64,000 nt of DNA from Candidatus Aminicenantes bacterium. GTDB taxonomy: Bacteria > Acidobacteriota > Aminicenantia > Aminicenantales > Saccharicenantaceae. This document shows positions 22,787 through 33,067 of this stretch, piece after piece. The position numbers and the translations under genes are program-made. The stretch lies in contig CAWCND010000011.1 in assembly GCA_963796835.1 (NCBI GenBank), forward strand, positions 6,086 through 70,085. Reading direction: 5' to 3'. Every line of letters starts with the position of its first letter. Within the stretch, counting starts at the first letter, position 1. The notes under the pieces were generated by a model, which did not search any database, had not been told where the DNA came from, and saw only the letters and a program-made list of their open reading frames with translations.

Positions 22787-24473
22787 CTAGGCCTCGATCT
22801 CGCGGTACCGCTTCTCGGCGAACCTGAGCAGGGCGGCGCAACCCAGCCAAGCGAGCGCCGTCAGGGCCGCGAAGAGCGAAACCAGGATCGTCCCTCCCGA
22901 AAACCCCGCCCTGACCAGGAAGCGGATCAAGAAATACAGCCCGGTCAGGATGCCGATGTCCGCGCACATCGCCAGGAGGACGTTCAGGTTCTGCTTGATC
23001 GCCTTCTGAGGGTTCGTCCAGTCGAGGAGCGGCCGGGCCAGGTCGATCATCATGCCCACGGCCGTGAGGCAGGACGCCCGCGACGAGCGAGAGCCCGGCG
23101 GCCGCCGCCAGGTGCGCGGCCTTGAGGTGGAGGAGCCAGGCGGCGACGGCGGAGGCCGTGACCGTCCCAGAAGGCGACCAGATAGGAATGCAGGAACTTG
23201 GCCGCGACCTGCTCGCGCGGCGAGACCGGGATGACCTTGCGAGATCCAGAACTGGCTTCCCTCCCGGGAGAAGGTCGACGAGGACGTCCCGTTGAGGCTG
23301 CCGCAGACGATCATGAAGGCGGCCGACGCCAGAATGACGACGAGCGGGTTGGCGCGAGCGTCATGACCTTGAGCGATGGCGTCCGCGTCTCCCCTCCCCG
23401 AGCCCGACCTGGCCATCAGGACGAAGAGGACCGGGAGGATGACGATGACGAGGGTCCCGTTGAGGAGGAAGATCGGGCGTCCGGTTCATGATCCGCCATT
23501 CCCGGGCGAAGATCGCCCGCACGGGGTTGCGGCCCGACGAGATCCGCTGCGACATCTGGGCCCGGGACAGCAGGCGCCGGCGGCCGGAGACCTCGGCGAG
23601 CCCGACGAGGCCCCGGTAAAAGAGCTTTTCCGCGAGGAGCAGGATGGCCGCGAAAAGGAGGAGCGACGCCCCGGCGAAAAGCGCCAGGTTCAGGAGCCCC
23701 GAGGCCGAAAAGCCGCCGGCAAGGGCCTTCGTCGCCCAGATGCTCGGCGGGAACCTCGCGCCGACCCGGTTGAGCAGGCTGTCGGGGGAGGTGAAGAAGC
23801 TGGTCATCGCCCCGCCGGCGAGCCCGCCGCGGGCGGACGGACCCAGCAGAACTGGAGGCCCATGCCCACGGCGATCAGGAGAACGCTGCCGGCGAGGATC
23901 AGGGCGTCCTTCTTCCGGCTGAGGTTGACGAAGCGCATCATGAGGACGACCAGGAGCGAGACGACGGCCAGGGGGATGACCGGCAGGAGGAGATAGACCA
24001 GGACGCCGTTCGTCCAGTACGGCAGCCCCCCGCGGGCCAGGACCCCGTAGCCGACGAGGACAGGCAGGACGATGATCATGACCGTCAGATACTCGTTGAT
24101 CATGATGACGGCGAATTTCGAGGCCATGACCTCGAACGGCTTGAGCGGCAGGGGGATGAGGAATTCGAGGTCCCGGGAAAAATAGAAGGCCGAGATCACG
24201 TAGTAGAGCCCGAAGAGGAGGATGAAGAGCTGCCCGCCCATGATGCCCAGGGTCAGGAGGGCGCGCTCCTGGCCGAGGGGCTTGAGGGCGAGGTAGATCG
24301 TCTGGACGAGGAGGATGAGGCCGTAGACGGACGGGCAGGACCCCGAGGGCCGCGAGCCCGACGAGGGGGACGAGCCAGCGGTCCTTCTTCTCCTTGAACA
24401 GCCGGTGGCGGAGGACGGACAGGCCGAAATTCGACTTCAGGCCGGCCCGGACGAGGGTCAGGAACCGTCTCAT
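22787..24473 (-). CDS. ABC-2-type exporter permease (frameshifted)
   Basis: [41 protein letters not shown]; coupled to the upstream ATPase. Confidence 0.8.
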
Positions 24474-25195
24474 TTCTCGGTGAGCTCCAGGAAGATCCCC
24501 TCGAGGGACTGGTCCGACCGGTCGAGCTGCTTCAGCTCGTCCATCGTCCCGCAGGCGATGAGGCGGCCCTTGTTGATGATGCCGATCCGGTCGCAGAGCT
24601 TTTCGGCGACCTCCATGATATGGGTCGAGAAGAAGAGCGTCTTGCCCTGGTCGCAGTGCTCGCGCATGAGCTCCTTGATGGAGTGGGCGGCCCGGGGGTC
24701 GAGCCCGACCAGGGGCTCGTCGAGGACCATGACCCGGGGCGCGGGGAGGAGGGCGGCGGTCAGGACGATCTTCTGCTTCATGCCGTGCGAGTAGCTCTGG
24801 ATGGGGTTCGCGACGGCCTGGCCGAGCTCGAAGATCTCGAGCCATTTCCCGATCCGGTCGAGGCGCTCGGCCTTCGGGACGCCGTAGACGTCGCCGATGA
24901 AGTTGAGGTACTCGAGGCCGGTCAGCCGCTCATAGACGGCGGGATAATCCGGGACATAGGTCGTGATCGCCTTGCATTTCAGGCCCTCTCTCTGGGTGTC
25001 GAGGCCCTCGACGGTGACCGTCCCTGCGTCGGGCCTGAGCAGGCCGACGATCATCTTGATCGTCGTCGTCTTGCCGGCGCCATTCGGCCCGAGGAAGCCG
25101 AAGATCTCGCCGGACCTGACGGTCAAGGTGAGGTCGTCGACGGCCTTGACCTTGCCCTTGTTGTAGCTCTTGGAGACATGGTTGAGTTCGATCAC
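24470..25195 (-). CDS. ABC transporter ATP-binding protein
   Basis: GPNGAGKTT, YSHGMKQK, LDEP, STH. Confidence 0.95.
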   Translation of the reverse strand: MIELNHVSKSYNKGKVKAVDDLTLTVRSGEIFGFLGPNGAGKTTTIKMIVGLLRPDAGTVTVEGLDTQREGLKCKAITTYVPDYPAVYERLTGLEYLNFIGDVYGVPKAERLDRIGKWLEIFELGQAVANPIQSYSHGMKQKIVLTAALLPAPRVMVLDEPLVGLDPRAAHSIKELMREHCDQGKTLFFSTHIMEVAEKLCDRIGIINKGRLIACGTMDELKQLDRSDQSLEGIFLELTEK

Positions 25196-25361
25196 GGGCC
25201 GCTCCTTCGGGGATGTTTATAGCATAGAAGGCCAAAGAATTCTAAGCGTCTGTTCCCGGAACCGGCTGAGCCCCCCCCGGACCCGCGTCCCCGGGATCCC
25301 GCGAAGAGGGTTGAATTCGGCCTCCTGGGAGGGTTATATTGAGGACGAGAAAGGAGGCGTG

Positions 25362-25637
25362 ATGAAAAACCTGAAGGTCGAGGTCGTCAAGGTCAAGGAG
25401 CGCTGCGGGGCCAGGCACAAAGCCGGCGATCATTTCTTCATCCGGGGACTGGGCATGATCGAGATCCCGAAGGGCAAGAGAGTCTGCCTGTTCGCCCTCA
25501 ACTCCCTTTTCCCCTTCCTGACGGCCAAACAGCGGGAGGACGAGCTTCCCGGGGACGACTGGATCTCGGAGACCGACATTCTCTCCTGCCCCGACCCCAA
25601 GGGCGTCGTCTTCAAAGTGACGGCCTTGGAGAAATGA
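25362..25637 (+). CDS. TIGR04076-like small Cys-containing protein
   Basis: CGARHKAGD, VCLFAL, SCPDP; AGGAGG ribosome-binding site. Confidence 0.75.
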   Translation: MKNLKVEVVKVKERCGARHKAGDHFFIRGLGMIEIPKGKRVCLFALNSLFPFLTAKQREDELPGDDWISETDILSCPDPKGVVFKVTALEK

Positions 25638-26238
25638 CCTCGCGATATCGGAAACACGTGACGAGGTGGTCGTTGACGAGGCCCGTGGCCTGGAGGTGTG
25701 AGTAGACGATCGTCGAGCCGACGAACTTGAAGCCCCGGGCCTTGAGGTCCTTGCTGATGAGGTCGGAGAGGGGCGTCCGGGCGGGCATCTCGGAGAATGA
25801 CTTCAGGCGGTTGACGACCGGCCTCCCGCCGACGAAGCCCCAGATGTAGCGGTTGAACGAGCCGAATTCTCTCTGGACCTCGAGAAAGCGCTTGGCGTTG
25901 TTGACCGCCGCCAGGATCTTCAGCCTGTTCCGGATGATCCCGGCGTCGGCGAGCAGGCGCCGGACGTCGCGGGCCGTGTAGCGGGCCACCCTGGCCGGGT
26001 CGAAACCGTGGAAAGCCCTCCGGAAATTCTCCCGCTTGTCGAGGATCGTCCGCCAGCTCAGCCCGGCCTGCATGCCCTCGAGGATCAGGAACTCGAAGAT
26101 CTTCCTATCGTCGTGGAGCGGCCTCCCCCATTCCTCGTCGTGGTAGGCGGTCATCCGGGGGTCTCCGCCGTCACCCCAGCACCGGGCCGTTCTTTTTTTC
26201 GCCGCGTTTTTCTCTTTCGCCTTTATAGGCTCGGTCAT
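25612..26238 (-). CDS. tag: DNA-3-methyladenine glycosylase I
   Basis: YHDEEWG, LEGMQAGLSW, GIIRNRLKI, FKFVGST, NDHLVTC. Confidence 0.95.
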   Translation of the reverse strand: MTEPIKAKEKNAAKKRTARCWGDGGDPRMTAYHDEEWGRPLHDDRKIFEFLILEGMQAGLSWRTILDKRENFRRAFHGFDPARVARYTARDVRRLLADAGIIRNRLKILAAVNNAKRFLEVQREFGSFNRYIWGFVGGRPVVNRLKSFSEMPARTPLSDLISKDLKARGFKFVGSTIVYSHLQATGLVNDHLVTCFRYREVISPRPSL

Positions 26239-26389
26239 TCAGGCCCTCGTCATGCGCGCAGGTTCGAGGCGATTCTACCCGAATGCCGCGGGGAAAGAAA
26301 GAACGCGCCGGAGGAAGCCCAAAGCTCGGGGAAAGAGGGGCTGGCGTTCGGCCCGCTTCCGGATGTAGAATGGGGCCAAGGGGAAAGTC

Positions 26390-28420
26390 ATGGGCAGGAA
26401 GCCGGTGGTCGCCGCCCTATTCTTCTGCCTCCTCGTCATCCCCCTCCTCGGCTTCCCGCCACCGCTTCGAGGGGAGATGCGGGACGTCCGGGTCAAGGTC
26501 GTGGCCGACGAAGAGTGGCGGCGCGACCCCGATTGGATCCGGAAGGCCGAAGCCGGTTTGGGCGTTGTATCGGCCGACTTCGAGAGGTCGTTCGAGATCC
26601 GTCTTCTCCCCGTGAAATTCGGCGCGTGGGATTCGGACGATTCCGTCGCCTCAATGGAAAAGCTGGCGAACGGCCTGGATTCCGGCGCCGACAGGGAGGG
26701 TTGCGACGTCCTCATCGCCTTGACCGCCCAGCCCAACCTGAGCCGCGGCCTCCTCGGCTATTCGCTCTTCAGGGAGGGCCTCGTCATGGTCCGGGCTGCG
26801 GGAGACGCGGCCGGGTTGGCCAGGACCTTGAAACATGAGATCGGCCATCTCTTCGGGGCCGTGCACATCCCCCGCCCGGCCTCGGTCATGGATGTCTTCC
26901 TCCAGGGGACGGACTTCGATGACCTCAACCGGGAAGCGGTCAAGCTCGTCCGGGGGCGCCTTTTCAACACCGTCGAGTTCCCGATCCCCAAACCGGTCCG
27001 TCCCGCGGCGATCGAGCTCTACGCCCGGATCTGCGCCGTCGTAGAATCCTCCGAGCTCCGGCGGAAACCGGGCCGGAAGGACCTCGCGGCGGCCCGCGAG
27101 TCTCTCGACGAAAACGGCCCGGGGGAGGCCCCGGACCTCGACGACGCCCATCTCCTCCTGGCCCAGATCTGCATCGAGGAAAAGCGGTACGACGATGCCG
27201 CCCGGGCCTGCCGGGCGGGGCTGAAGATCCGCCCCGGGGACCTCGAGGCCCAGAACCTCCTCGGCATCATCGACCGCAAGCAGGGCCGGATCGACGAGGC
27301 CATCCGGAAGTACCAGGCCGTGCTCAAGGCCGATCCCAGCTATCCCCGTGTCCACTACAACCTCGGCATCGCGTACGCCAAAAAAGGAGACCTCGGATCC
27401 GCCCAGGCCGCATACGAGAAGGCGGTCGAGCTCAGGCCCCGTTCCGCCGAAGCCCATAACAACCTCGGAGAAACGCTCCTTCGCCGGGGGAACATCGGCG
27501 AGGCGGAGAAGGAACTAGGCCTGGCCGTTTCGCTCGACCCGCGGTACGCCCTGGCCCTGGCCAATCTGGCCGACCTGGCCCTCAGAAAAGGGGACCTCGC
27601 GGAAGCGCGCGAGCGCCTCGACAAGGCCCTCACGATCGATCCCGAGATCCCGAGCGCCTGGACCGTCTCCGGCAACCTGGCTTCCCGGGAGGGGCGGCCG
27701 GCGGAGGCCGCCCAGCGCTACCTGAGGGCCGTCGCGATCGACCCGGAATACGACAAGGGCTGGTTCAACCTGGGCGTCCTTCAGTTCGGGATGAACGAGC
27801 CCGGCCAGGCCAGGGCCAGCTTTGAAAAGGCTGTCGGCATCAATCCGCGCTTCGCCGAGGCCCACGCCAGCCTCGGCTGCTGCCTGATCAAGCAGGGCAG
27901 GGTCGACGAAGGGGTCGCGGAGATCCTCGCCGCCGAGAAGCTCGGCTTCCACTCGGCCATCACCCACCTCAACCTGAGCTTCGCCTACATCACGAAGGAC
28001 AAGCTCGACGACGCGATCGCCGAGGCCGAGCGGGCCATCGCCCTCGACGCCTCGCAGCCGTTGGCCTACAACAACCTTGGGATCGCTTTCACGAAAAAGG
28101 GGATGCTGTCCGAGGCCGAGCGGCAATTCGAAAAGGCCGTCCGGGCCGACCCCCGCTGCAGGGACGGCTGGCTCAACCTGGCGAACGTCTGCTACCAGAC
28201 GGGAAGGGCCGACCTGGCCCTGGGGCATCTGCTGGAGGCCTTCAAGCTCGGCCCGAAGGACGGGGCCCTCTGCAACAACATCGCGGTGCTCTATTTCAGG
28301 AAGGAAGAATACCGAGCCGCCCTGGAATACGCCGAGAAGGCCGAGGCCGCGGGTTTCAAGGTCGACCCCGACTTCCTGGCCGCCATCAAGAAGAGGCTCA
28401 GCGGAGCCGGCGGTACTTGA
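26390..28420 (+). CDS. Secreted metzincin-type metallopeptidase domain fused to a TPR array
   Basis: HEIGHLFGAVH with an SVM Met-turn; repeated YNLG/NNLG TPR units. Confidence 0.85.
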   Translation: MGRKPVVAALFFCLLVIPLLGFPPPLRGEMRDVRVKVVADEEWRRDPDWIRKAEAGLGVVSADFERSFEIRLLPVKFGAWDSDDSVASMEKLANGLDSGADREGCDVLIALTAQPNLSRGLLGYSLFREGLVMVRAAGDAAGLARTLKHEIGHLFGAVHIPRPASVMDVFLQGTDFDDLNREAVKLVRGRLFNTVEFPIPKPVRPAAIELYARICAVVESSELRRKPGRKDLAAARESLDENGPGEAPDLDDAHLLLAQICIEEKRYDDAARACRAGLKIRPGDLEAQNLLGIIDRKQGRIDEAIRKYQAVLKADPSYPRVHYNLGIAYAKKGDLGSAQAAYEKAVELRPRSAEAHNNLGETLLRRGNIGEAEKELGLAVSLDPRYALALANLADLALRKGDLAEARERLDKALTIDPEIPSAWTVSGNLASREGRPAEAAQRYLRAVAIDPEYDKGWFNLGVLQFGMNEPGQARASFEKAVGINPRFAEAHASLGCCLIKQGRVDEGVAEILAAEKLGFHSAITHLNLSFAYITKDKLDDAIAEAERAIALDASQPLAYNNLGIAFTKKGMLSEAERQFEKAVRADPRCRDGWLNLANVCYQTGRADLALGHLLEAFKLGPKDGALCNNIAVLYFRKEEYRAALEYAEKAEAAGFKVDPDFLAAIKKRLSGAGGT

Positions 28421-30422
28421 TGAGGAGCGAGCCGGGCGCCTCGGGGATCTTGATCGAGAGCCCAGCGGCGAGCTCGCGTCCGCTCTTCATGACCGTGATC
28501 CCGTAGTCCTCGTAGGACACCTCGTAATCGCCCGCCGGGTCGAGCCCGCTGAGGCTTGACGGCGATCGTCGCCGCGGCCGCCAGCTGTCGCCGGAAGGCC
28601 AGGACGATCCCGTCGCGCTCCTCGGGCCGGTCCCACTGGAACGCCGTCCAGGCCTCGTCCGAGGTCGAATATTCGCGTGAGCGGATAGAAATCGCCGAAA
28701 AGGTAGGGCCGGAGGGCCCGGAACTCGGCGACGTCCTCGAGCGCCTGGCCGACGTTGAACGAGCCGTTGAGCTCCCAGCCCATGACGACGGCGCCCGCCC
28801 ATCGAGCTCCGGAAATAGTATTTGCTGCGGGTTGTTGTTGCCCGTGCCGCTCGCCGGCAGGTAGAGGTGAAGGCCGTAGGTGTGGCACTGGTACCCGTTG
28901 GGCTCGAAGTACGAATAGTCGGTCCGCCAGAGCGGGATGCTGCGGCCGGTCGTCTCGAGGTCGATCCGCCGCCCGCCCGAGGCGCAGTTGTCGATGAGCA
29001 GGCCCGGGTCCCTTGCGAGGAGGCGCGTCCCAGAAGGCGTAGAGCCCCTCGATGTGCTTCATCTCGGCGATGCCGACCCGGTCGGGCGCGTCCATGGCCT
29101 TCCAGTACGGCGCCGGGTCGAAGTTGAAATCCTGGCGGTAGATCGTGATGCCCTCGGTCCGGATGAAGTTCGAGATGTGGTCGGTCAGCCACGTCAGGGC
29201 CTTCGGGTTGCCCAGGTTGAGCAGGCGGTTGGGGTTCCCGGGGAGCTTGGTCAGCCACTCCGGGTGCTCGCGGTCGAGCCAGGTCCCCTCGTAGACGCGC
29301 TCGGGCTCGAACCAGAGGACGAACCCTTTCCCTCCGCATTTTTGCGCGGCCTCCGTGACGGGCTTCAGGCCGCGCGGGAAATTGGTCTTGTTGACCTCCC
29401 AGGTGCCGACACCCGACCACCAGTTCCTTGGTCGCGTTCTCGTACCAGCCGGCGTCGATCCAGCAGGCGTCGGGCTCGATGCCGAACTGCTTGAGGCGGT
29501 CGATCATGGCCAGGGCGTAGCTTTCCGTGGCGCAGACATACTCGTTGCAGGGGAACGGCCCGCCGAAGCCGACGCCGTGGCTGAGCGGCAGGACGAGCGG
29601 CTTCCCGCCGGGCCGCGGCGTGTGATGGGCCAGGATGAAGCGGCGGAAGAGGTTGTGGCCGGCCATCCGGTCGCTCCCCTGCCAGAAGAGGAGAGCGACC
29701 GAAGGCGTGCGGACATCTTCGCCCGGAAGGAGCTTGAAGCGGGTCTTGACCATCCCCGCGTCGAGGCTCAGGCCGTGCCCGGACGCCCGCCGGACGGCGG
29801 CCGTCCACGACCCGCTCCAGCCGATGGCGGCCAGGACCCCGCGCCCGGACCCGGCCATGTTGAAGAACGGCAGGGCCGTCGTATCGGAGGAGCGGCCGGA
29901 CGACGTCCCGAAGACGATCTCGCCCCTGTCGGCGAGGACGTCCTCGATGGGGCCGAAGTCCGAGCGTTCAGCGCTGCTGCCTCGCGCCCGGTAGAGCTTC
30001 ACGGGCCCGGCGAATCCGGGGAGGTCGGCGGCGCAGGCCAGGAGGTTCTCGATGACCGGCGAATCGGCCGTGCCTTCGTTCTTGAGCCGGAGGACCCATT
30101 CGGCCGCCGGGAAGTCCTTGTAGATCGTATAAACGGCGGTGATCCTGAGCCGGGTCGCCGGGTCGGAGTAGACGACCGTCCTGACGGTCCTGTCCGCGGC
30201 CTGCTCGGTGCGGGACGTCACCTTCCACGCGCCGATGAAGCCGGGAGACGCTTTTCCTCCGTAATTGAAGGAGAAGGGCGGCGACGCCGTCCGGTCGACC
30301 GAAGCGGCCACGAACTTGTCGAGGCTCGCCCGGTCATGGGAAGCCGCAGCGTCCCACGCCCAGGTGGGCAGGGCTAAGGTCAAGACGAAGAGCGCGCAAA
30401 CGATCCATCTCCCTGTTTTCAT
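28398..30422 (-). CDS. Alpha-galactosidase, GH36-like (frameshifted)
   Basis: Signal peptide; WIDAGWY, LWFEPER, YRQDFN, IDNCASGGRRID. Confidence 0.85.
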   Translation of the reverse strand: MKTGRWIVCALFVLTLALPTWAWDAAASHDRASLDKFVAASVDRTASPPFSFNYGGKASPGFIGAWKVTSRTEQAADRTVRTVVYSDPATRLRITAVYTIYKDFPAAEWVLRLKNEGTADSPVIENLLACAADLPGFAGPVKLYRARGSSAERSDFGPIEDVLADRGEIVFGTSSGRSSDTTALPFFNMAGSGRGVLAAIGWSGSWTAAVRRASGHGLSLDAGMVKTRFKLLPGEDVRTPSVALLFWQGSDRMAGHNLFRRFILAHHTPRPGGKPLVLPLSHGVGFGGPFPCNEYVCATESYALAMIDRLKQFGIEPDACWIDAGWYENATKELVVGCRHLGGQQDQFPARPEARHGGRAKMRRERVRPLVRARARLRGDLARPRAPGVADQAPREPQPPAQPGQPEGPDVADRPHLELHPDRGHHDLPPGFQLRPGAVLEGHGRARPGRHRRDEAHRGALRLLGRASSQGTRACSSTTAPRAGGGSTSRRPAAASRSGGPTIRTSSPTGTSATPTAFTSTCRRAARATTTRSKYYFRSSMGGRRRHGLGAQRLVQRRPGARGRRRVPGPPALPFRRFLSAHANIRPRTRPGRRSSGTGPRSATGSSWPSGDSWRPRRRSPSSLSGLDPAGDYEVSYEDYGITVMKSGRELAAGLSIKIPEAPGSLLIKYRRLR

Positions 30423-30456
30423 TCGAACTCCCTCCCTTACATTTTTCACGAAGAGC

Positions 30457-32108
30457 TCATTTCGCCGGCGCGGGAACCAAACCCGACGGCGGGATGTCCG
30501 CGGTCGGAAGCAGGCGCGGCGCCTTCCGCATTCCGAGGGCCCGTTCCAGGCCGTAGGCCAGCCTGATGAGCGCGGGCTCGCTCCAGGCCCTGCCGATGAA
30601 GGAGATCCCCACGGGCAGGCCGTTGACCCAGCCGGCCGGCACGCGTGATGCTCGGGATAGCCCGCGACGGCCGCGAGCGAGGAGCTCCCGCCCGTGTCCC
30701 GGTCGCCGTTGACGAGGTCGGTCATGTGGGCCGGCCCGTTCGTGAGGACGACGAGGGCGTCGAGCTGGTGCTTGGCCAGCACGGCGTCGATGCCCTTGGC
30801 CCGCATGAGGTCGCGGCCCTTGGCCAGCGCGTCGCGATAGGCCTTGTCCGTTAGCGGGCCTTTTTTCACCGCCTCCTCCAGGATCTCCTGGCCGAAGAAC
30901 GGCATCTCCCGGTCGGCGTTCTTCCGGTTGAACTCGATGAGGTCCGCGACGCTGCGGGCCGCGGCGCCCGGCCTCGCCGCGAGATAGGCGGCCAGATCGG
31001 CCTTGAACTCGTAGAGAAGGACCTCGTATTCCGAGCGCCCCGTCTTGCCGAGCGTGGGGAATTCGACGGGGTCGATGACCTCGGCGCCTTCCTTCCTCAT
31101 GGCTTCGACAGCCACCTGGAGAATGGGGTCGAGCTTCGGGCCGAAGCCGAAGGACTTCGCCCGCAGGACGCCGATCCGGGCGCCCGCGGAGCCCGCCGGG
31201 CTTGAGGAACTCCCGGTAGTCGGCGAGCAAATGGGCTTGGCTCTCCTTTGTCGCGGGGTCGCGACGGGTCGATCCCCGTCATCGCGCCCAGCAGCGTCGC
31301 CGCGTCGGCGACAGTGCGGGCCATCGGCCCGGCCGTGTCCTGGGAATGGGAGATCGGGACGATCCCGGAACGGCTGACGAGCCCGACCGTCGGCTTGATG
31401 CCGACGATGCCGCAGACCGACGAGGGCGAGACGATCGATCCGTCCGTTTCCGTGCCGACGCCCACAGCGGCCAGGTTGGCCGACACGGCCGCGGCCGAGC
31501 CCGAGCTCGAACCGGACGGGTTGCGGTCGAGGGCGTAGGGGTTGCGGGTCTGCCCGCCGCGGCCGCTCCAGCCGCTCGACGGACCGGGACGAGCGGAAGT
31601 TCGCCCACTCGCTGAGGTTGGTCTTGCCGAGGATCACGGCGCCGGCGGCCCGCAGGCGCCCCGCGACGAACGCGTCGCGGACGGGCTTCGAGCCGAGGAG
31701 GGCGAGCGAGCCCGCCGTCGTCTCCATCTTGTCGGCCGTGTCGATGTTGTCCTTGATCAGGACCGGGATGCCGTGGAGCGGCCCGCGCGGGCCCTTTTCC
31801 CTACGCTCGCGGTCGAGCCCGCGGGCGATGGCCAGGGCGTCGGGGTTGGTCTCCAGGACCGCGTTGAGGCCGGGCCCATTCCGGTCGATCTCGTCGATCC
31901 GTTTGAGGTAGAGGGCGACGAGGCTTTCCGAGGTCGCGGCCCCGGAGGCCATCATCTCCTGGAGCTCGGCGATCGTCTTCTCCTCGAGCGGGAACTTGAC
32001 GGGAGCGGCCTTTTCCGGCGGTTGTTTGGCCCCGGGCGAACAGGCCGCGGCCAGCACCGCAACGAGGAGCGCTGCGCTGAGGATCCATGATTTTCGGGGT
32101 CTAGCCAT
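30457..32108 (-). CDS. Amidase-signature family lipoprotein (frameshifted)
   Basis: LAAAC lipobox, GPLHGIPVLIKDNI, GKTNLSEWAN, GSSSGS, GTETDGSI, SQDTAGPM. Confidence 0.9.
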
Positions 32109-32293
32109 CGCCTGCCTCCCTGGATCAAGAATCGGAATCTCGCGCAGACCGGGCCGCGATTCCCTGGTGTGAGCCCAACATAGGGCGGGAAGGGTTCCGA
32201 TGTCAAGGGCATCGGCCGAAATTTCCCTGCCCGAGGTGAGACGTCAAAGACCGGAGGCTCGTCATTTGGCTATGACGGCCGAAATCGTGAATC

Positions 32294-32346
32294 TTGACCC
32301 GTTCGCCGACGCTAAGCCCCGGCATTCATGCCGCGGACTCGAGGGG
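32294..32346. mobile_element. 53-bp hairpin miniature element (PATE/MITE-like), copy 1
   Basis: Reverse complement is nearly identical to 59102-59155; internal CGGCAT-TC-ATGCCG hairpin. Confidence 0.7.
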
Positions 32347-32383
32347 TTGACTTAAGGTTCTTTACCTATTATAATATGTAAAG
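32347..32383 (+). promoter_or_regulatory. Toxin-antitoxin promoter with overlapping palindromic operator
   Basis: TTGACT-N17-TATAAT; 24-bp palindrome CTTTACCTATTATAATATGTAAAG (22/24 symmetric) centred on the -10 box. Confidence 0.75.
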
Positions 32384-32411
32384 CAATATTTATTTTGTAA
32401 AGGATACTCCG

Positions 32412-32651
32412 ATGACTGTCGTTACCGTTTCTTCAAAAAGCCAAATCACTTTGCCCGCGGCGGCCTGCCGGACTGTCGGAATAAAGCCACACGACAGGGT
32501 CTTGATCGAGGTCCGGACGGGAACGATCATCGTCCGGTCCGCCCCCGACTTCATGCGATTCAAGGGAGTCCTCGGAAAGGCCCTGGACCGGGAAGCCGAG
32601 CGCGCGGCCATGGCCCACGCGGTTGCCGAGCATCGGAAAAAGCGGTCATGA
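32412..32651 (+). CDS. AbrB/MazE/SpoVT-family antitoxin
   Basis: VTVSSKSQITLP...GIKPHDRV; ATGA overlap with the PIN gene. Confidence 0.85.
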   Translation: MTVVTVSSKSQITLPAAACRTVGIKPHDRVLIEVRTGTIIVRSAPDFMRFKGVLGKALDREAERAAMAHAVAEHRKKRS

Positions 32652-33055
32652 CGTCCTGGTTCGTCGACGCCAACGTTTTCCTTCGGTTCCTAACGGTTGA
32701 CGATCAAGGTCAGCACGAGAGGGCCGCGCGCCTTTTCGAAAAAGCCGCGAGAGGTCAGGCCCGGCTCGTCTGCGGGCCGCCGGTTCTTTTCGAGCTCGCG
32801 TGGACGCTCCGGGCTGCCTATAAGACACCCGCGGCGAAGGTCCTGGAGGTCCTGAGCGCTATTTATTCCATGCCGGGCTTGACCCTGACGGACGAACCGC
32901 TCGTCGCCGGCGCCCTGACCTTGGCGTCGGAAACAGGGGTAGAGTTCGCGGACGCCTATATCGCAGCGAACGCCAGGGCTGTGTTGTGCTCCGGAGTCGC
33001 GACGTTCGACCGCAAGGATTTCGTCCGCCTCGGCATCGGGATCGCTGATCTCTGA
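32648..33055 (+). CDS. vapC: PIN-domain (VapC-like) toxin
   Basis: VDANVFLR, ELAWTL, FADAYI, ATFD acidic PIN residues. Confidence 0.85.
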   Translation: MTSWFVDANVFLRFLTVDDQGQHERAARLFEKAARGQARLVCGPPVLFELAWTLRAAYKTPAAKVLEVLSAIYSMPGLTLTDEPLVAGALTLASETGVEFADAYIAANARAVLCSGVATFDRKDFVRLGIGIADL

Positions 33056-33067
33056 TCCCGGCGGAGA

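Noticed and set aside
28398-32108. 1236-aa amidase/alpha-galactosidase fusion ORF
   Set aside because: An artefact of frameshifts. The amidase ends at 30457, and the GH36 gene has its own ribosome-binding site, ATG (30422) and signal peptide.
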